Origin: Acutalibacteraceae bacterium
GTDB taxonomy: Bacteria > Bacillota > Clostridia > Oscillospirales > Acutalibacteraceae
Direction of reading: 5' to 3'
Assembly (NCBI GenBank): GCA_036308405.1
Contig: JAXJVR010000041.1
Location: forward strand, 1-39,570
Length of the DNA stretch: 39,570 nucleotides
In this document: piece after piece, positions 24,821 through 34,551 of the stretch
Layout: the number at the start of each line of letters is the position of its first letter
Position numbering within the stretch: position 1 is the first letter of the stretch
Notes under the pieces: model-generated
What the model was told of the DNA's origin: nothing
The model's input: the letters and a program-made list of their open reading frames with translations, nothing else
Databases searched by the model: none
Position numbers and translations under genes: made by a program

Positions 24821-26227
24821 ATGAATCATTTTATGAACGAAAATGAATTTGAAAAAAATAACCGACAAAGCGGCAACATTTCGGGTTTTGACAATACAGA
24901 CAACGGTGAAAACACCGAATACACCGTAACGCCTAACGGCAACTATTACAGCAAAAAGTCGGAGGACATTATTCAAGACGAAGTATCGCATAATGATAAT
25001 TCGGGCAATACCGATACAGATTATCAAACTGCGCCTACCTATACCGCGTCTTACAATAATTATTACAACTCAAAACAGCACAAGGCTAAAAAGGTAAAAT
25101 CACAAAAAAGCGGTCACAGCACGGCAACCGTTATTGTTTCAAGTATACTTGCGGCAATAATAGGCGCCGCAAGCAGTATTGCAATAATCGCAACGGTATT
25201 AAAACCCGAACAAAGCACGACTGTATCGACCACACAAAACACACCCACAAGCAATGTAAGCATAAAGGTTGATGAAACGGCATCTTCCGTAGCAGAAGCC
25301 GTTGCCGAAAAATGCACCGACAGCGTTGTCGGTATACGCACAACAACATCGGTTTCAAACTGGTTCGGCGGCAGTGAGGAGCAGTCGGGCGAAGGCTCGG
25401 GTGTTGTTTACACTCAAGACGGTTATATTATAACAAACTACCATGTAATAAGCGATGCAGTCCAGTCATCAAAGGCAAAGATAGATGTATACATCGGCGC
25501 CGATAAAACAAATTCTTATTCGGCTTCTGTTATAGGCTATAATATATCCTGCGACCTTGCGGTTATAAAAATTGATGCAAGCGGTCTTACACCTATGGAG
25601 CTCGGCGACAGCAGCGACCTTAAAGTAGGTCAAAATGTTATAACAATAGGTGCGCCCGGCGGTCTTGAATTTATGGGCAGTGTAACCTACGGTATAATAA
25701 GCGGTCTTGACCGCACGGTTTCGACCAACTCAGCTTTAAAACTTATTCAGACCGATGCCGCAATAAACCCCGGTAACTCAGGCGGCGCGTTGCTTGACAC
25801 AAGCGGTAAGCTTATAGGCATAAACAGTTCTAAAATAGCCTCGGTTGAGTTTGAGGGTATGGGCTTTGCAATTCCTGTTAACACAGTTAAAGAAAAATGC
25901 GACAAGATAATATCACGCAAAAACGATTCTCAGGCATATTTAGGCGTAAGCATAAGCAGCACCTATACGAACGAAGTGCTCTCATTCTACGGTTATCCGT
26001 CGGGCGCGGTTGTATCAAGCGTTGCCGAAGGCAGTCCTGCAGATAATGCCGGCATTGAACGCGGTGATATAATAACCGAATTTAACGGTGTTTCAATAAC
26101 CGAATACACCGTGCTCAACGACGTGCTTTATGACTGTGAGCCTGATGACACCGTAAGCGCAAAAATCTATCGCGGCGGCAGGTCTTTTTCGGTTGATATA
26201 AAACTTGCTTCCGACACATCAAATTAA
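24821..26227 (+). CDS. htrA: HtrA/DegP-family serine protease with a PDZ domain
   Basis: TM anchor, trypsin-like catalytic triad region (TNYHV...DLAVIKI...GNSGGAL) and a C-terminal PDZ (GSPADNAGIERGDII). The start may be the in-frame ATG at 24833. Confidence 0.85.
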   Translation: MNHFMNENEFEKNNRQSGNISGFDNTDNGENTEYTVTPNGNYYSKKSEDIIQDEVSHNDNSGNTDTDYQTAPTYTASYNNYYNSKQHKAKKVKSQKSGHSTATVIVSSILAAIIGAASSIAIIATVLKPEQSTTVSTTQNTPTSNVSIKVDETASSVAEAVAEKCTDSVVGIRTTTSVSNWFGGSEEQSGEGSGVVYTQDGYIITNYHVISDAVQSSKAKIDVYIGADKTNSYSASVIGYNISCDLAVIKIDASGLTPMELGDSSDLKVGQNVITIGAPGGLEFMGSVTYGIISGLDRTVSTNSALKLIQTDAAINPGNSGGALLDTSGKLIGINSSKIASVEFEGMGFAIPVNTVKEKCDKIISRKNDSQAYLGVSISSTYTNEVLSFYGYPSGAVVSSVAEGSPADNAGIERGDIITEFNGVSITEYTVLNDVLYDCEPDDTVSAKIYRGGRSFSVDIKLASDTSN

Positions 26228-26241
26228 GACTTAAAGGCTTT

Positions 26242-26277
26242 AAAAAGGCGTTGTGAGATTTCACAGCGCCTTTTTTC
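26242..26277. terminator. Bidirectional Rho-independent terminator (htrA / malQ)
   Basis: AAGGCGTTGTGA/gatt/TCACAGCGCCTT followed by TTTT. Confidence 0.65.
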
Positions 26278-27766
26278 AGTTTCTTTCTTTAGTCAAGTCT
26301 TTTAATATTTCCGAATTTTTTTCATTTATATCTGACTTTTTTAAACGCCACACCCAGTTGCCCGACATTGTGCCCGGTATGTTCATACGAGCAGAGCTTT
26401 CAAGGCACAAAATATCCTGCATAGGAACTATGCACAGCATTGACGGTGATTTTGAAACGGCTCTAATCATTCTGTGAGAGACATTAAGGTCATTGTCTTT
26501 TATAAGCGCGTTAAAAACCGCTTTTTGCTTTCGCGGTGCATTTTTATACCAACCGAGCGCGGTATCGTTGTCGTGAGTGCCTGTATAGCACACACTGTTA
26601 TAATTATAATTTTGTGGCAGAAAAACATTTTGCATATCACCGTCAAATCCGAACTGTAAAATTTTCATATTAGGAAAATCGGTCTGCCTTAAAAGCTCTT
26701 TTACATCGGGGTCGTCTTCTCCGCCCAAGTCTTCGGCAATTATATTTATACTGCCGATTTTCTCCCTGATTTTATTCCAAAAAGCAACTCCCTCACCCTT
26801 TTGCCAACTGCCGTTTACCGCGGTTTTGCTTCCGTAAGGAATACTGTAATAATCGGCAAAGGCTCTGAAATGGTCAATACGCAAAACATCGTATAAACTT
26901 TTACAAAAGCCGAGTCTTTTTTGCCACCATAAAAATTCGTTTTTTCGCATATTTTGCCAGTTGTATATCGGATTGCCCCAAAGCTGTCCGTCTTTAGAGA
27001 AAATATCGGGCGGAACACCTGCCACAGCCGTGGGCGTAAAGTCACGGCCTACCTTAAAATCATCGGGATTTACCCAAACGTCAACGCTGTCCGGTGAAAC
27101 ATAAAACGGTATATCACCTATGATTTTAACACCGCATTCCTCGGCGTAGTTTTTAAGATTAAAATATTGGCTGTAAAAGATATACTGAACAATTTTATAA
27201 AAAGTAATTTTGTCGCGGTGTTTTTCTTCAAACGCTTTTAAATCATGGGGCAAGCGGTATTTTATACCGTCGGGCAAATCGGTAATACAGCTCGTTTTAT
27301 AAACCGACAGAGCCGCCGCAAACACAGCATAATCGTTAAGCCACCAATCGTTTTCTTTTAAAAATTTTTTAAAGAAAAGCGCGTTGGTGTTAAAATTTTC
27401 CGCCGCTTTTAATATAAGCGGAATTTTAAACCGACGAACAGCGTTATAATCTACTCTGTCGCAATTTTTATATTCGCCTATATCTTCGGGTGAAAGCAGA
27501 CCGTCGCGAACCAAAAAATCTAAATCAATATAAAGCATTTCACCCGCAAAACAAGATATTGATTTATAAGGCGAATTGCCTTCACCCAAAGGGTTTAAAG
27601 GCAATATCTGCCAAAAACGCTGTCGGCTGTTTTTTAAAAAATCAATAAACTTAAAAGCCTGCTCGCCGAAAGTTCCTATTCCGTAATCGGACGGCAAAGA
27701 CGAAACCGCAAGCAATACTCCGCTGTCCCTTTTTTTGCTCCTATCCTTTAACGGCACCTGCGGCAA
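26276..27766 (-). CDS. malQ: 4-alpha-glucanotransferase (amylomaltase, GH77)
   Basis: SGVLLAVSSLPSDYGIGTFG..., LRIDHFRAF, AEDLG and YTGTHDNDT motifs. Confidence 0.9.
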   Translation of the reverse strand: MPQVPLKDRSKKRDSGVLLAVSSLPSDYGIGTFGEQAFKFIDFLKNSRQRFWQILPLNPLGEGNSPYKSISCFAGEMLYIDLDFLVRDGLLSPEDIGEYKNCDRVDYNAVRRFKIPLILKAAENFNTNALFFKKFLKENDWWLNDYAVFAAALSVYKTSCITDLPDGIKYRLPHDLKAFEEKHRDKITFYKIVQYIFYSQYFNLKNYAEECGVKIIGDIPFYVSPDSVDVWVNPDDFKVGRDFTPTAVAGVPPDIFSKDGQLWGNPIYNWQNMRKNEFLWWQKRLGFCKSLYDVLRIDHFRAFADYYSIPYGSKTAVNGSWQKGEGVAFWNKIREKIGSINIIAEDLGGEDDPDVKELLRQTDFPNMKILQFGFDGDMQNVFLPQNYNYNSVCYTGTHDNDTALGWYKNAPRKQKAVFNALIKDNDLNVSHRMIRAVSKSPSMLCIVPMQDILCLESSARMNIPGTMSGNWVWRLKKSDINEKNSEILKDLTKERN

Positions 27767-28574
27767 CCCCTTTTATAATATATTTTTGACAACTTAAATA
27801 AAAAATAACTACGGGTAAAATTGCAAGCACCAACATTGCCATCATAGCGCCCATATCAACAGAGCCGTAACCGCCCTTTAAATACTGCACGGCTATCGGT
27901 ATAGTTTTATAATCACTGCCTATTACCAAATACGGTAACAAATAATCGTTCCACACCCACATAGTGTTAAGAATAGCAACCGTAACAGCCGTAGGTTTAA
28001 GAACCGGAAACACCACGCGCCAAAATGTTTGGAACGGATTACAACCGTCTATCACTGCGGCTTCTTCAAGACTTATAGGCACAGATTTAATGAAGCCCGA
28101 AAATATAAATACCGAAAGTCCCGCGCCGAAGCCGAGGTATATAAACACAAGGCCAAGCGGGTTATCGAGGCTTAAAACATTTGCAATTTTTGACATTGTA
28201 AACATAACCATTTGAAAAGGAACAATCATTGAAAACACAAACAGATAGTAAAGTATACTGTTAAATCGGCTTTTAATTCTTATGATATACCACGATGTCA
28301 TAGCGGTAAATAAAACTATAACCGCTACCGACAGCACCGTAATAAACAATGACCAAAAAAACGCCTGCAAAAAACCGGTGTCGTTTATACCTGAAATATA
28401 GTTTTCTGTTCCGGCAAAAGTGTCGGTGTCAGGCAAAACAAACGGCGTCTGACTTATCGAAAATTTGTCTTTAAAAGAATTTAAAACCACCGTAATTATC
28501 GGTATCAAAAAAATTATGCTTAAAGCAAGCAAAAAGATAAAAATTAAAACGCTTGAAACTTTTATTTTTTTCAT
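27741..28574 (-). CDS. Carbohydrate ABC transporter permease (MalG-like)
   Basis: 6-TM BPD_transp_1 type with an EAA-like loop (LEEAAVIDGCNPFQTFWRVVFP). Confidence 0.85.
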   Translation of the reverse strand: MKKIKVSSVLIFIFLLALSIIFLIPIITVVLNSFKDKFSISQTPFVLPDTDTFAGTENYISGINDTGFLQAFFWSLFITVLSVAVIVLFTAMTSWYIIRIKSRFNSILYYLFVFSMIVPFQMVMFTMSKIANVLSLDNPLGLVFIYLGFGAGLSVFIFSGFIKSVPISLEEAAVIDGCNPFQTFWRVVFPVLKPTAVTVAILNTMWVWNDYLLPYLVIGSDYKTIPIAVQYLKGGYGSVDMGAMMAMLVLAILPVVIFYLSCQKYIIKGVAAGAVKG

Positions 28575-29419
28575 CAGTTTTCTACCTCTTTGCTTCTTGT
28601 AAGATATAGCTGTAACAGTGCAACAACCGCTACAAGCATAAAGAAAATAACCGCTTTAGCCTGACCTATGCCTTCGCTGCCTACCCTGCCGTAAAATGTG
28701 TTATAAATATCAAGCGCCACCATTTGAGTCTGTTTTGACGGAGCGCCTGCAGTAAGTGCTAAATTTTGGTCAAACAGTTTAAAGGCATTTGTAATCGTAA
28801 GAAACAAACAAATTGTAATCGAAGGCATTACGGACGGTATTATAATTTTAAAAAGCGTTCTTATCGGTCCTGCGCCGTCAACACGCGCCGCTTCGAGTAT
28901 GGCAGAGGGTATGTTTTGAATACCGGCAATATATATTATCATCATATAACCTATCATCTGCCAACTCATAAGAGCCACTAAACCCCAATAACCAAACGCC
29001 GAATTTGAGGTTATTGAATACCCGTATTTATAAAGAATACCGTTTATAATAAGTTGCCATATATAACCGAGCACTATTCCGCCTATAAGGTTGGGCATAA
29101 AGAAAACCGTGCGAAAAAGGTTTGTGCCCTTTATCCCCCTTGTAAGCAAAAGAGCAAGCAAAAAAGCCGAAACATTTATAATTACAACTGCAACAACGGC
29201 AAACTTAAGCGTAAAAAGCAGCGAATTTATAAATTCGCGGTTTTGAGTAAAGGCGTTTATATAATTTTGAAGCCCTACAAAGCGTGCGTCGCTCACCGTT
29301 CTGAAATCGCAAAAAGACAGATAAAGTCCCAATATAAACGGCGCCAAAAACGCTATGCAAAAAGCCGTAAGCGTAGGCAAAACAAATACGGCAAACCATT
29401 TTTTAGAAACTTTTCTCAC
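28574..29419 (-). CDS. Carbohydrate ABC transporter permease (MalF-like)
   Basis: EAA loop ILEAARVDGAGPIRTLFKIIIP. It is start/stop coupled with its neighbours. Confidence 0.85.
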   Translation of the reverse strand: MRKVSKKWFAVFVLPTLTAFCIAFLAPFILGLYLSFCDFRTVSDARFVGLQNYINAFTQNREFINSLLFTLKFAVVAVVIINVSAFLLALLLTRGIKGTNLFRTVFFMPNLIGGIVLGYIWQLIINGILYKYGYSITSNSAFGYWGLVALMSWQMIGYMMIIYIAGIQNIPSAILEAARVDGAGPIRTLFKIIIPSVMPSITICLFLTITNAFKLFDQNLALTAGAPSKQTQMVALDIYNTFYGRVGSEGIGQAKAVIFFMLVAVVALLQLYLTRSKEVEN

Positions 29420-30762
29420 GAGCGTTCACTCTTCCACACAGATTTAACGGTTGACTCTAAATTGTCCCACTCTTTTGTTCCCTGCACATACTCAAGAAGC
29501 GATGCCCCAACCTCGCTTTTAAAAACATCGCTCGGAAAAGCCGTAAACACCCACGGAACAGTCCGAACACTTTCATCGTTCATATAACGCACAACCTCAC
29601 GCGCTAACGGGTCATTAGGCAATTCATCTTCGCTGAAGGTGTCAAACGGAGTAATAAAATCCAATTTTTCGGTTACATATTTTTTACCGGTTTCGCTTGA
29701 AAACAGCCAGTTTAAAAAGTCAAGCGACTTTTGTTGTTGGTCTGCGGTTGCGTTTTTGTTAATCGCAAGATAATTTTCGGTGCCTATGCAAAGTCCCTGT
29801 TCCTCTTCACCCGAAACGCCCGTGTAAAGCGGCAAAAATTTAATATCATCTTTTGCTACGGTATTGCCCTTAACGTCGGCAATCTGCGACCACGCCCAGT
29901 TGCCGTTTTGCACCATGGCAACACGACCTAAAGCAAATTCCGCCATTGAATCACTTGTAGATTTTGAACCCAAAATTCCCTTTTCGGTTACTGAATTGTT
30001 TGTATAAAGGTCAAAAAGATTTTTATAATTCTGCGAGTATCTGAAAGCTATTTCTTTAGCATTAAGGCAGGCAATAATCGGGTCGGCATAGTCTTCGCTG
30101 TCACGCAGTTCGTAATAAAGCGGAACATTAAGCAAATGCGACTGCCAACGCCAATCTTCTCCGCTTGAAAGCGAGGTTGACGCAAAAACGCCGTCTATAC
30201 CGAGTTCATGCTTTTTGGCGGTCATATCTTCAACCACCGCTTTAAGTGTTTCAAAATTTTTAATCTGCTGCGCGTTATTTATATTTACCGCACGGTCAGG
30301 CAAGGCAAAATATTTATTCATAACGGCGTTATTATAAATAATACCGTATCCCTCAACAACATACGGCACACCGTATATGCCGTTGCCGTTTTCGTCGGTT
30401 ATGGCAAGCGTTTTATCGCTTAAATGCGAAGCAAATTCGCTGTTTTCTATATTGAGACAATAATCTTTCCAGGACTGATAACCTATAGGTCCGTTCACCT
30501 GAAATATAGTAGGCGCGCTTGATTTTGCAATTTCTGATTTTAAGGTCTGCTCATAAGTGTTTGCCGCCGCTGTTACCACCTTTACGGCAACGCCTGTTTC
30601 CTCCTCATATTTTTCGGCTATTTCTTTATACACACTTGCGGCTTCGGGTTTAAAATTCAAAAAATAAACATCGGCTTTTTTGCTCTCACCGCAACCCGAA
30701 AACAACGCGGTAGACAAAATCAACACCGTGCAAAGTATAAAAGATATTGTTTTTTTGCACAT
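29416..30762 (-). CDS. Extracellular sugar-binding lipoprotein of the ABC importer
   Basis: Lipobox LFSGCGES and a 448-aa family-1 solute-binding protein. It is the first gene of the operon ending in malQ. Confidence 0.85.
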   Translation of the reverse strand: MCKKTISFILCTVLILSTALFSGCGESKKADVYFLNFKPEAASVYKEIAEKYEEETGVAVKVVTAAANTYEQTLKSEIAKSSAPTIFQVNGPIGYQSWKDYCLNIENSEFASHLSDKTLAITDENGNGIYGVPYVVEGYGIIYNNAVMNKYFALPDRAVNINNAQQIKNFETLKAVVEDMTAKKHELGIDGVFASTSLSSGEDWRWQSHLLNVPLYYELRDSEDYADPIIACLNAKEIAFRYSQNYKNLFDLYTNNSVTEKGILGSKSTSDSMAEFALGRVAMVQNGNWAWSQIADVKGNTVAKDDIKFLPLYTGVSGEEEQGLCIGTENYLAINKNATADQQQKSLDFLNWLFSSETGKKYVTEKLDFITPFDTFSEDELPNDPLAREVVRYMNDESVRTVPWVFTAFPSDVFKSEVGASLLEYVQGTKEWDNLESTVKSVWKSERS

Positions 30763-30850
30763 AAAAATTCCTCCGTAAAATTAAGGTTATTTATATCTTT
30801 GCCTGCTTTTGCGAAAAAAATACAAAAAACAAAATACAACACATAAACAG

Positions 30851-30878
30851 TTGACTTTTAAACTTAAAAAAATATAAT
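30851..30878 (+). promoter_or_regulatory. Sigma-A type promoter for the parA-like operon
   Basis: TTGACT (30851-30856), 16-nt spacer, TATAAT (30873-30878). Confidence 0.55.
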
Positions 30879-30903
30879 ATATATAAAAGGAAGGTGTTGT
30901 GTT

Positions 30904-31695
30904 TTGAGCAAAACCGTTACAATCTGCTTTGCCAACAACAAAGGCGGAAGCGGTAAATCGACTACCTGTTGTAATGTGGGTTACGAGTTATCGCAAATGG
31001 GTTATAAAGTGCTGCTTATCGACGGCGATATGCAGATGAATTTGTCGATTTCTTTGTTTTGTGAGGATGATGTTTTAACAGCCGCACAAAGCGGAAACAA
31101 CATATACTCTGCCGTCACTATGCAAAAGGATATTGAAGATTACATAACACCTACAAAGTATGAAAATCTTGATATGGTTCTTTCTTCAAGCCTGATGAGC
31201 AACATTGAATTTGAGTTGTTTTCAAAATGGCAGCGCGAATTTATTTTAAAAAATTGTTTGGCTTCGGTTAAACAAAGCGGTAAATACGATTTTATTTTAA
31301 TGGACGCTCCGCCTACGCTCGGCGGTTGGGTAATGAATATGCTTTGCGCGTCCGATTACTTAATTATTCCGGTAGAGTCAAGTCCTTGGGGACTTTTCGG
31401 TCTTGCCAATATGTTTGAATTTTTCGGAACCGTTAAACAGATAAACCCTGATATTTCGGCTTTAGGAATAGTGGTAACAAAGGTTGACACACGCAAAAAT
31501 TACTTTAAGCAAACGGTAGAAACCCTACAAAACACCGAAGGTGTGCATTTGTTTAAAAATTACATTCGCACAGATAGTTCTATCGAATGGGCGCAGGACG
31601 CCTCGTTGCCGGTAGCAGTTTTTAAGCCGAGCGCAAGAAGCGCAAAAGAATATAAAGAACTAACAAGGGAGGTTGTTTCACTTGTCGATAGGTAA
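30904..31695 (+). CDS. ParA/Soj-family deviant Walker-A ATPase
   Basis: NNKGGSGKSTT (KGGxxK[ST]), DGDMQ and FILMDAPPT. It has a TTG start with an AAGGAAGG RBS. Confidence 0.85.
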   Translation: MSKTVTICFANNKGGSGKSTTCCNVGYELSQMGYKVLLIDGDMQMNLSISLFCEDDVLTAAQSGNNIYSAVTMQKDIEDYITPTKYENLDMVLSSSLMSNIEFELFSKWQREFILKNCLASVKQSGKYDFILMDAPPTLGGWVMNMLCASDYLIIPVESSPWGLFGLANMFEFFGTVKQINPDISALGIVVTKVDTRKNYFKQTVETLQNTEGVHLFKNYIRTDSSIEWAQDASLPVAVFKPSARSAKEYKELTREVVSLVDR

Positions 31696-32137
31696 AAGCA
31701 GTATCGCGCGCGCCGCGTCTAACGCAAACACACAGTCGCATAACACGAGTGAAAAGAGTAATTCTTTTACCGTTGCAAAATTTAACATTGACAAAATCGG
31801 TGTGTTATCTATAGCAGAAACGCCCTCAGACAACGATTGCTTAAAACTTAAAGAAAGCATAAAAAAACGAGGCATAATATACCCCGTTTTAGTTGCAATT
31901 ACTCCAAAAGAAGATGTTTGGCTTATCGACGGATACCGCCGTTTTTATACAGCTAAAGAACTTGGAATTACAGATATAGACGCTGTTGTCATAACTGTTA
32001 AAAGCAAAACCGAAGCCAACAGCCTTTATAAAGAAATGTGTTTGTCGACTTCGCACAAAAACGGCGACAGCATACACCAAGAAAAGTTTAATGTGCTTGC
32101 GGTAAAAGACCATGACCTGCCTGCATATTTACTGTAA
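31682..32137 (+). CDS. Short ParB N-terminal-domain (ParB/Srx fold) protein, ~151 aa
   Basis: YPVLVAITPKEDVWLIDGYRRFYTAKELG is a ParB box with a GxRR-type motif. The N-terminal SIGKSSIARAAS peptide resembles the ParB ParA-activating tail. I see no HTH or dimerisation domain. A start at TTG 31682 fits the GGGAGG RBS, whereas the track start at 31673 abuts it. Confidence 0.65.
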   Translation: MSIGKSSIARAASNANTQSHNTSEKSNSFTVAKFNIDKIGVLSIAETPSDNDCLKLKESIKKRGIIYPVLVAITPKEDVWLIDGYRRFYTAKELGITDIDAVVITVKSKTEANSLYKEMCLSTSHKNGDSIHQEKFNVLAVKDHDLPAYLL

Positions 32138-32167
32138 AAATTTTAATTTAAGAGAGGTAGTAAAAAA

Positions 32168-32767
32168 ATGAATGTAGTATGTTTAGATATGGAAGGCGTA
32201 TTAGTCCCTGAAATTTGGATTGCTTTTGCAAACGCTGTCGGCGTGCCCGAACTTAAGCGCACCACCCGCGACGAGCCCGATTATGACAAGCTTATGAAAT
32301 ACAGACTTGATATTTTAAAGCAACACAATTTAGGTCTTAAAGAAATTCAGGATGTTATTTCAACCATTGATGTTATGGACGGCGCAAAAGAATTTTTAGA
32401 TGAGCTTCGCAGCGTTACACAAGTTATAATTTTGAGTGACACTTTTGAGCAGTTTGCAGCTCCCCTTATGAAAAAATTAGGTATGCCCACAATTTTCTGC
32501 AACACACTTGAGGTTGCCGAAAACGGTGAGATTACCGGTTATAAAATGCGTTGTGAAAAATCAAAACTTACAACCGTTAAAGCCTTGCAGTCTTGCGGAT
32601 TTGATACCATAGCCGCAGGCGACAGCTTTAATGACCTCGGTATGATTTTAAACAGCAAGGCAGGTTTCTTATTCAAATCTACCGAGCAGATTAAAAAAGA
32701 TTATCCCGATGTTCCGGCTTTTGAAGAATACGACGATTTGCTCGCCGCTATTAAAGCCGCATTATAA
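32168..32767 (+). CDS. thrH: ThrH-like HAD phosphoserine phosphatase / homoserine phosphotransferase
   Basis: VVCLDMEGVLVPEIWIAFA...TTRDEPDYDKLMKYRL...VIILSDTF...AAGDSFND is colinear with Pseudomonas ThrH as remembered. Confidence 0.85.
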   Translation: MNVVCLDMEGVLVPEIWIAFANAVGVPELKRTTRDEPDYDKLMKYRLDILKQHNLGLKEIQDVISTIDVMDGAKEFLDELRSVTQVIILSDTFEQFAAPLMKKLGMPTIFCNTLEVAENGEITGYKMRCEKSKLTTVKALQSCGFDTIAAGDSFNDLGMILNSKAGFLFKSTEQIKKDYPDVPAFEEYDDLLAAIKAAL

Positions 32768-32780
32768 TGACTGAAATGGT

Positions 32781-32826
32781 CTTGGGCACAATCCGCCGTT
32801 TTGGATTGTGCCCAAGTAATTTTTTC
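32781..32826 (+). terminator. Rho-independent terminator after thrH
   Basis: CTTGGGCACAATCC/gccgtttt/GGATTGTGCCCAAG is a 14-bp perfect stem followed by a T-run. Confidence 0.78.
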
Positions 32827-32991
32827 AACACTATGCCGTTTAGTATACTTGCCGTAGGCTTATCTGCGATTTTTACCGCAGCATCGGCTTATATACATAG
32901 CACGGATTTTTTTCTTCCGTTGTTATAGATTATACTATACGGTTTTTAAAAAAATGATGATTTTTTGTAAATATTTTTTTAAGGTGATTAA

Positions 32992-34062
32992 ATGATTAAC
33001 GAGCGTGTTTCAAATTTACAAAGCAAACTAACCGACGGCGAGGCTTTTTTGGTTACAAGCCCATCTAACCGTTTTTACTTAACAGGCTTTAATTCGAGCG
33101 CCGGCACAGTTGTTATAACTCGCGAAAAGGCAGTGTTTTTTATAGATTTCAGATATTTTGAAAAGGCAAAACAAACGGTAAAAAGTTGCAGTGTTGCGCT
33201 TTTTGACAAAGGTGATAAAGATATTTACAAGTTTTTAGAAAGCGAAAACATTAAAACCGTGTTTGTAGAAACCGATTTTGTAAGCGTTGCAAAGTTAAAG
33301 TATTACGGCAGTATATTTGATGGTCTATCTTTTTCAAAAGAAAACCGACTTGATACCGAACTTTTTAATATGCGCGCCGTAAAATCGGAATATGAGTTAA
33401 ATCTTATAAAAGAGGCTCAAAACCTTACCGAGCAGACTTTTGACTATATTATTACACGCATAAGCGAAGGCAGAAGCGAGCGTGAGGTTATGCTTGATAT
33501 GGAATTTTTTATGCGCGGTTTAGGCGCTGACGGCGTAGCCTTTGATTTTATTGTTGTGTCGGGCAAAAATTCGTCTTTACCGCACGGTGTGCCTACCGAC
33601 AAAAAAATTGAAAAAGGCGATTTTGTAACTATGGATTTCGGCGCGCTGTATAAAGGCTACCGCAGTGATATGACGCGAACCGTAGCCGTAGGCAATGTAA
33701 GCGAGGAGCAACGCACGGTTTATGAAACCGTATTAAAAGCGCAAACCGCCGCTTGCGGCGCAATAAAAGCCGGCAATGCTTGCTGTGACATGGACAAGAT
33801 AGCAAGAGATATTATTTATAACGCAAGATACACCGGTTGCTTCGGTCACGCGCTCGGTCACAGCGTGGGTATTGATATTCACGAGTCCCCATCACTCTCA
33901 CCCGGAAACAAAACAATTTTAAAACCGGGCAATGTTGTAACGGTAGAACCCGGCATTTACATTGAAAATAAATTCGGGGTCAGAATAGAAGATATGGTCT
34001 ATGTAACAGATGACGGTTGCATAAATCTGACAAAAAGCAAAAAAGAACTTATAATATTATAA
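32992..34062 (+). CDS. pepP: M24-family Xaa-Pro aminopeptidase/dipeptidase
   Basis: Creatinase-like N-domain plus the pita-bread metal ligands (DFGALYKGYRSDMTRT, HALGHSVGIDIHE, VEPGIY, RIED). Confidence 0.85.
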   Translation: MINERVSNLQSKLTDGEAFLVTSPSNRFYLTGFNSSAGTVVITREKAVFFIDFRYFEKAKQTVKSCSVALFDKGDKDIYKFLESENIKTVFVETDFVSVAKLKYYGSIFDGLSFSKENRLDTELFNMRAVKSEYELNLIKEAQNLTEQTFDYIITRISEGRSEREVMLDMEFFMRGLGADGVAFDFIVVSGKNSSLPHGVPTDKKIEKGDFVTMDFGALYKGYRSDMTRTVAVGNVSEEQRTVYETVLKAQTAACGAIKAGNACCDMDKIARDIIYNARYTGCFGHALGHSVGIDIHESPSLSPGNKTILKPGNVVTVEPGIYIENKFGVRIEDMVYVTDDGCINLTKSKKELIIL

Positions 34063-34099
34063 AAAAGCAAGGCAGTTTATTTTCTGCCTTGCTTTTTTA
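34062..34099. terminator. Bidirectional Rho-independent terminator
   Basis: AGCAAGGCAG/tttatttt/CTGCCTTGCT flanked by an A-run and a T-run. Confidence 0.75.
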
Positions 34100-34119
34100 T
34101 ATAGGTTTACCGTTGTAAT

Positions 34120-34539
34120 TCAGTCTGCTTTATATGCGGTATAAAGTTCGCATAAATCAATATATGCCTGTCTGCCGTTGGTGACGGTATAAAAATCTTC
34201 ATAATCTTCACCCAAGCAACACGCGCCGTTTTCGTAGATAGTAAAAACAAGCTTTGTTTCTAAATTTTCATCATAAAAGCAAAGATTAAGATACGACGTG
34301 CCCATTTCACCCTCGGTTTGAGTGTTTATATTAAGTTTTTTAAATGCGTCAAGCATTTTCTTTGCATAATCGGCATCGTCGATTACTGTTTTATATTCTT
34401 CGCCTTCGATGTTGTCTACAATTTCAACACATGCAGGCTCAAAATTGTCATACTCCTCATACTTTTCGGCACATCCTACCGTGCAAATCAAAAGACAAAG
34501 CGTTAATAACATAGTTATAATTTTTTTGGTTGTTTTCAT
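34120..34539 (-). CDS. Hypothetical acidic lipoprotein (139 aa)
   Basis: Signal peptide with lipobox LICTVGCAE. I recognise no other family. Confidence 0.55.
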   Translation of the reverse strand: MKTTKKIITMLLTLCLLICTVGCAEKYEEYDNFEPACVEIVDNIEGEEYKTVIDDADYAKKMLDAFKKLNINTQTEGEMGTSYLNLCFYDENLETKLVFTIYENGACCLGEDYEDFYTVTNGRQAYIDLCELYTAYKAD

Positions 34540-34551
34540 AAAAATTCCTTT

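Noticed and set aside
24752-25027. A 91-aa minus-strand ORF at the htrA 5' end
   Set aside because: It overlaps the htrA start region, has hydrophobic nonsense-like composition, and has no RBS.
29054-29587. A 177-aa Lys/Arg-rich plus-strand ORF
   Set aside because: It is antisense to the ABC permease and binding-protein junction. The basic low-complexity sequence is the mirror of a hydrophobic TM-rich frame.
31671-31690. A TGTTTCAC half of the parS consensus at the parA/parB-like junction; similar half-sites occur at 2538 and 22920
   Set aside because: Only the 8-nt half-site is present with no inverted partner (TGTTTCAC-GTGAAACA). Such octamers occur by chance in a 40-kb window.
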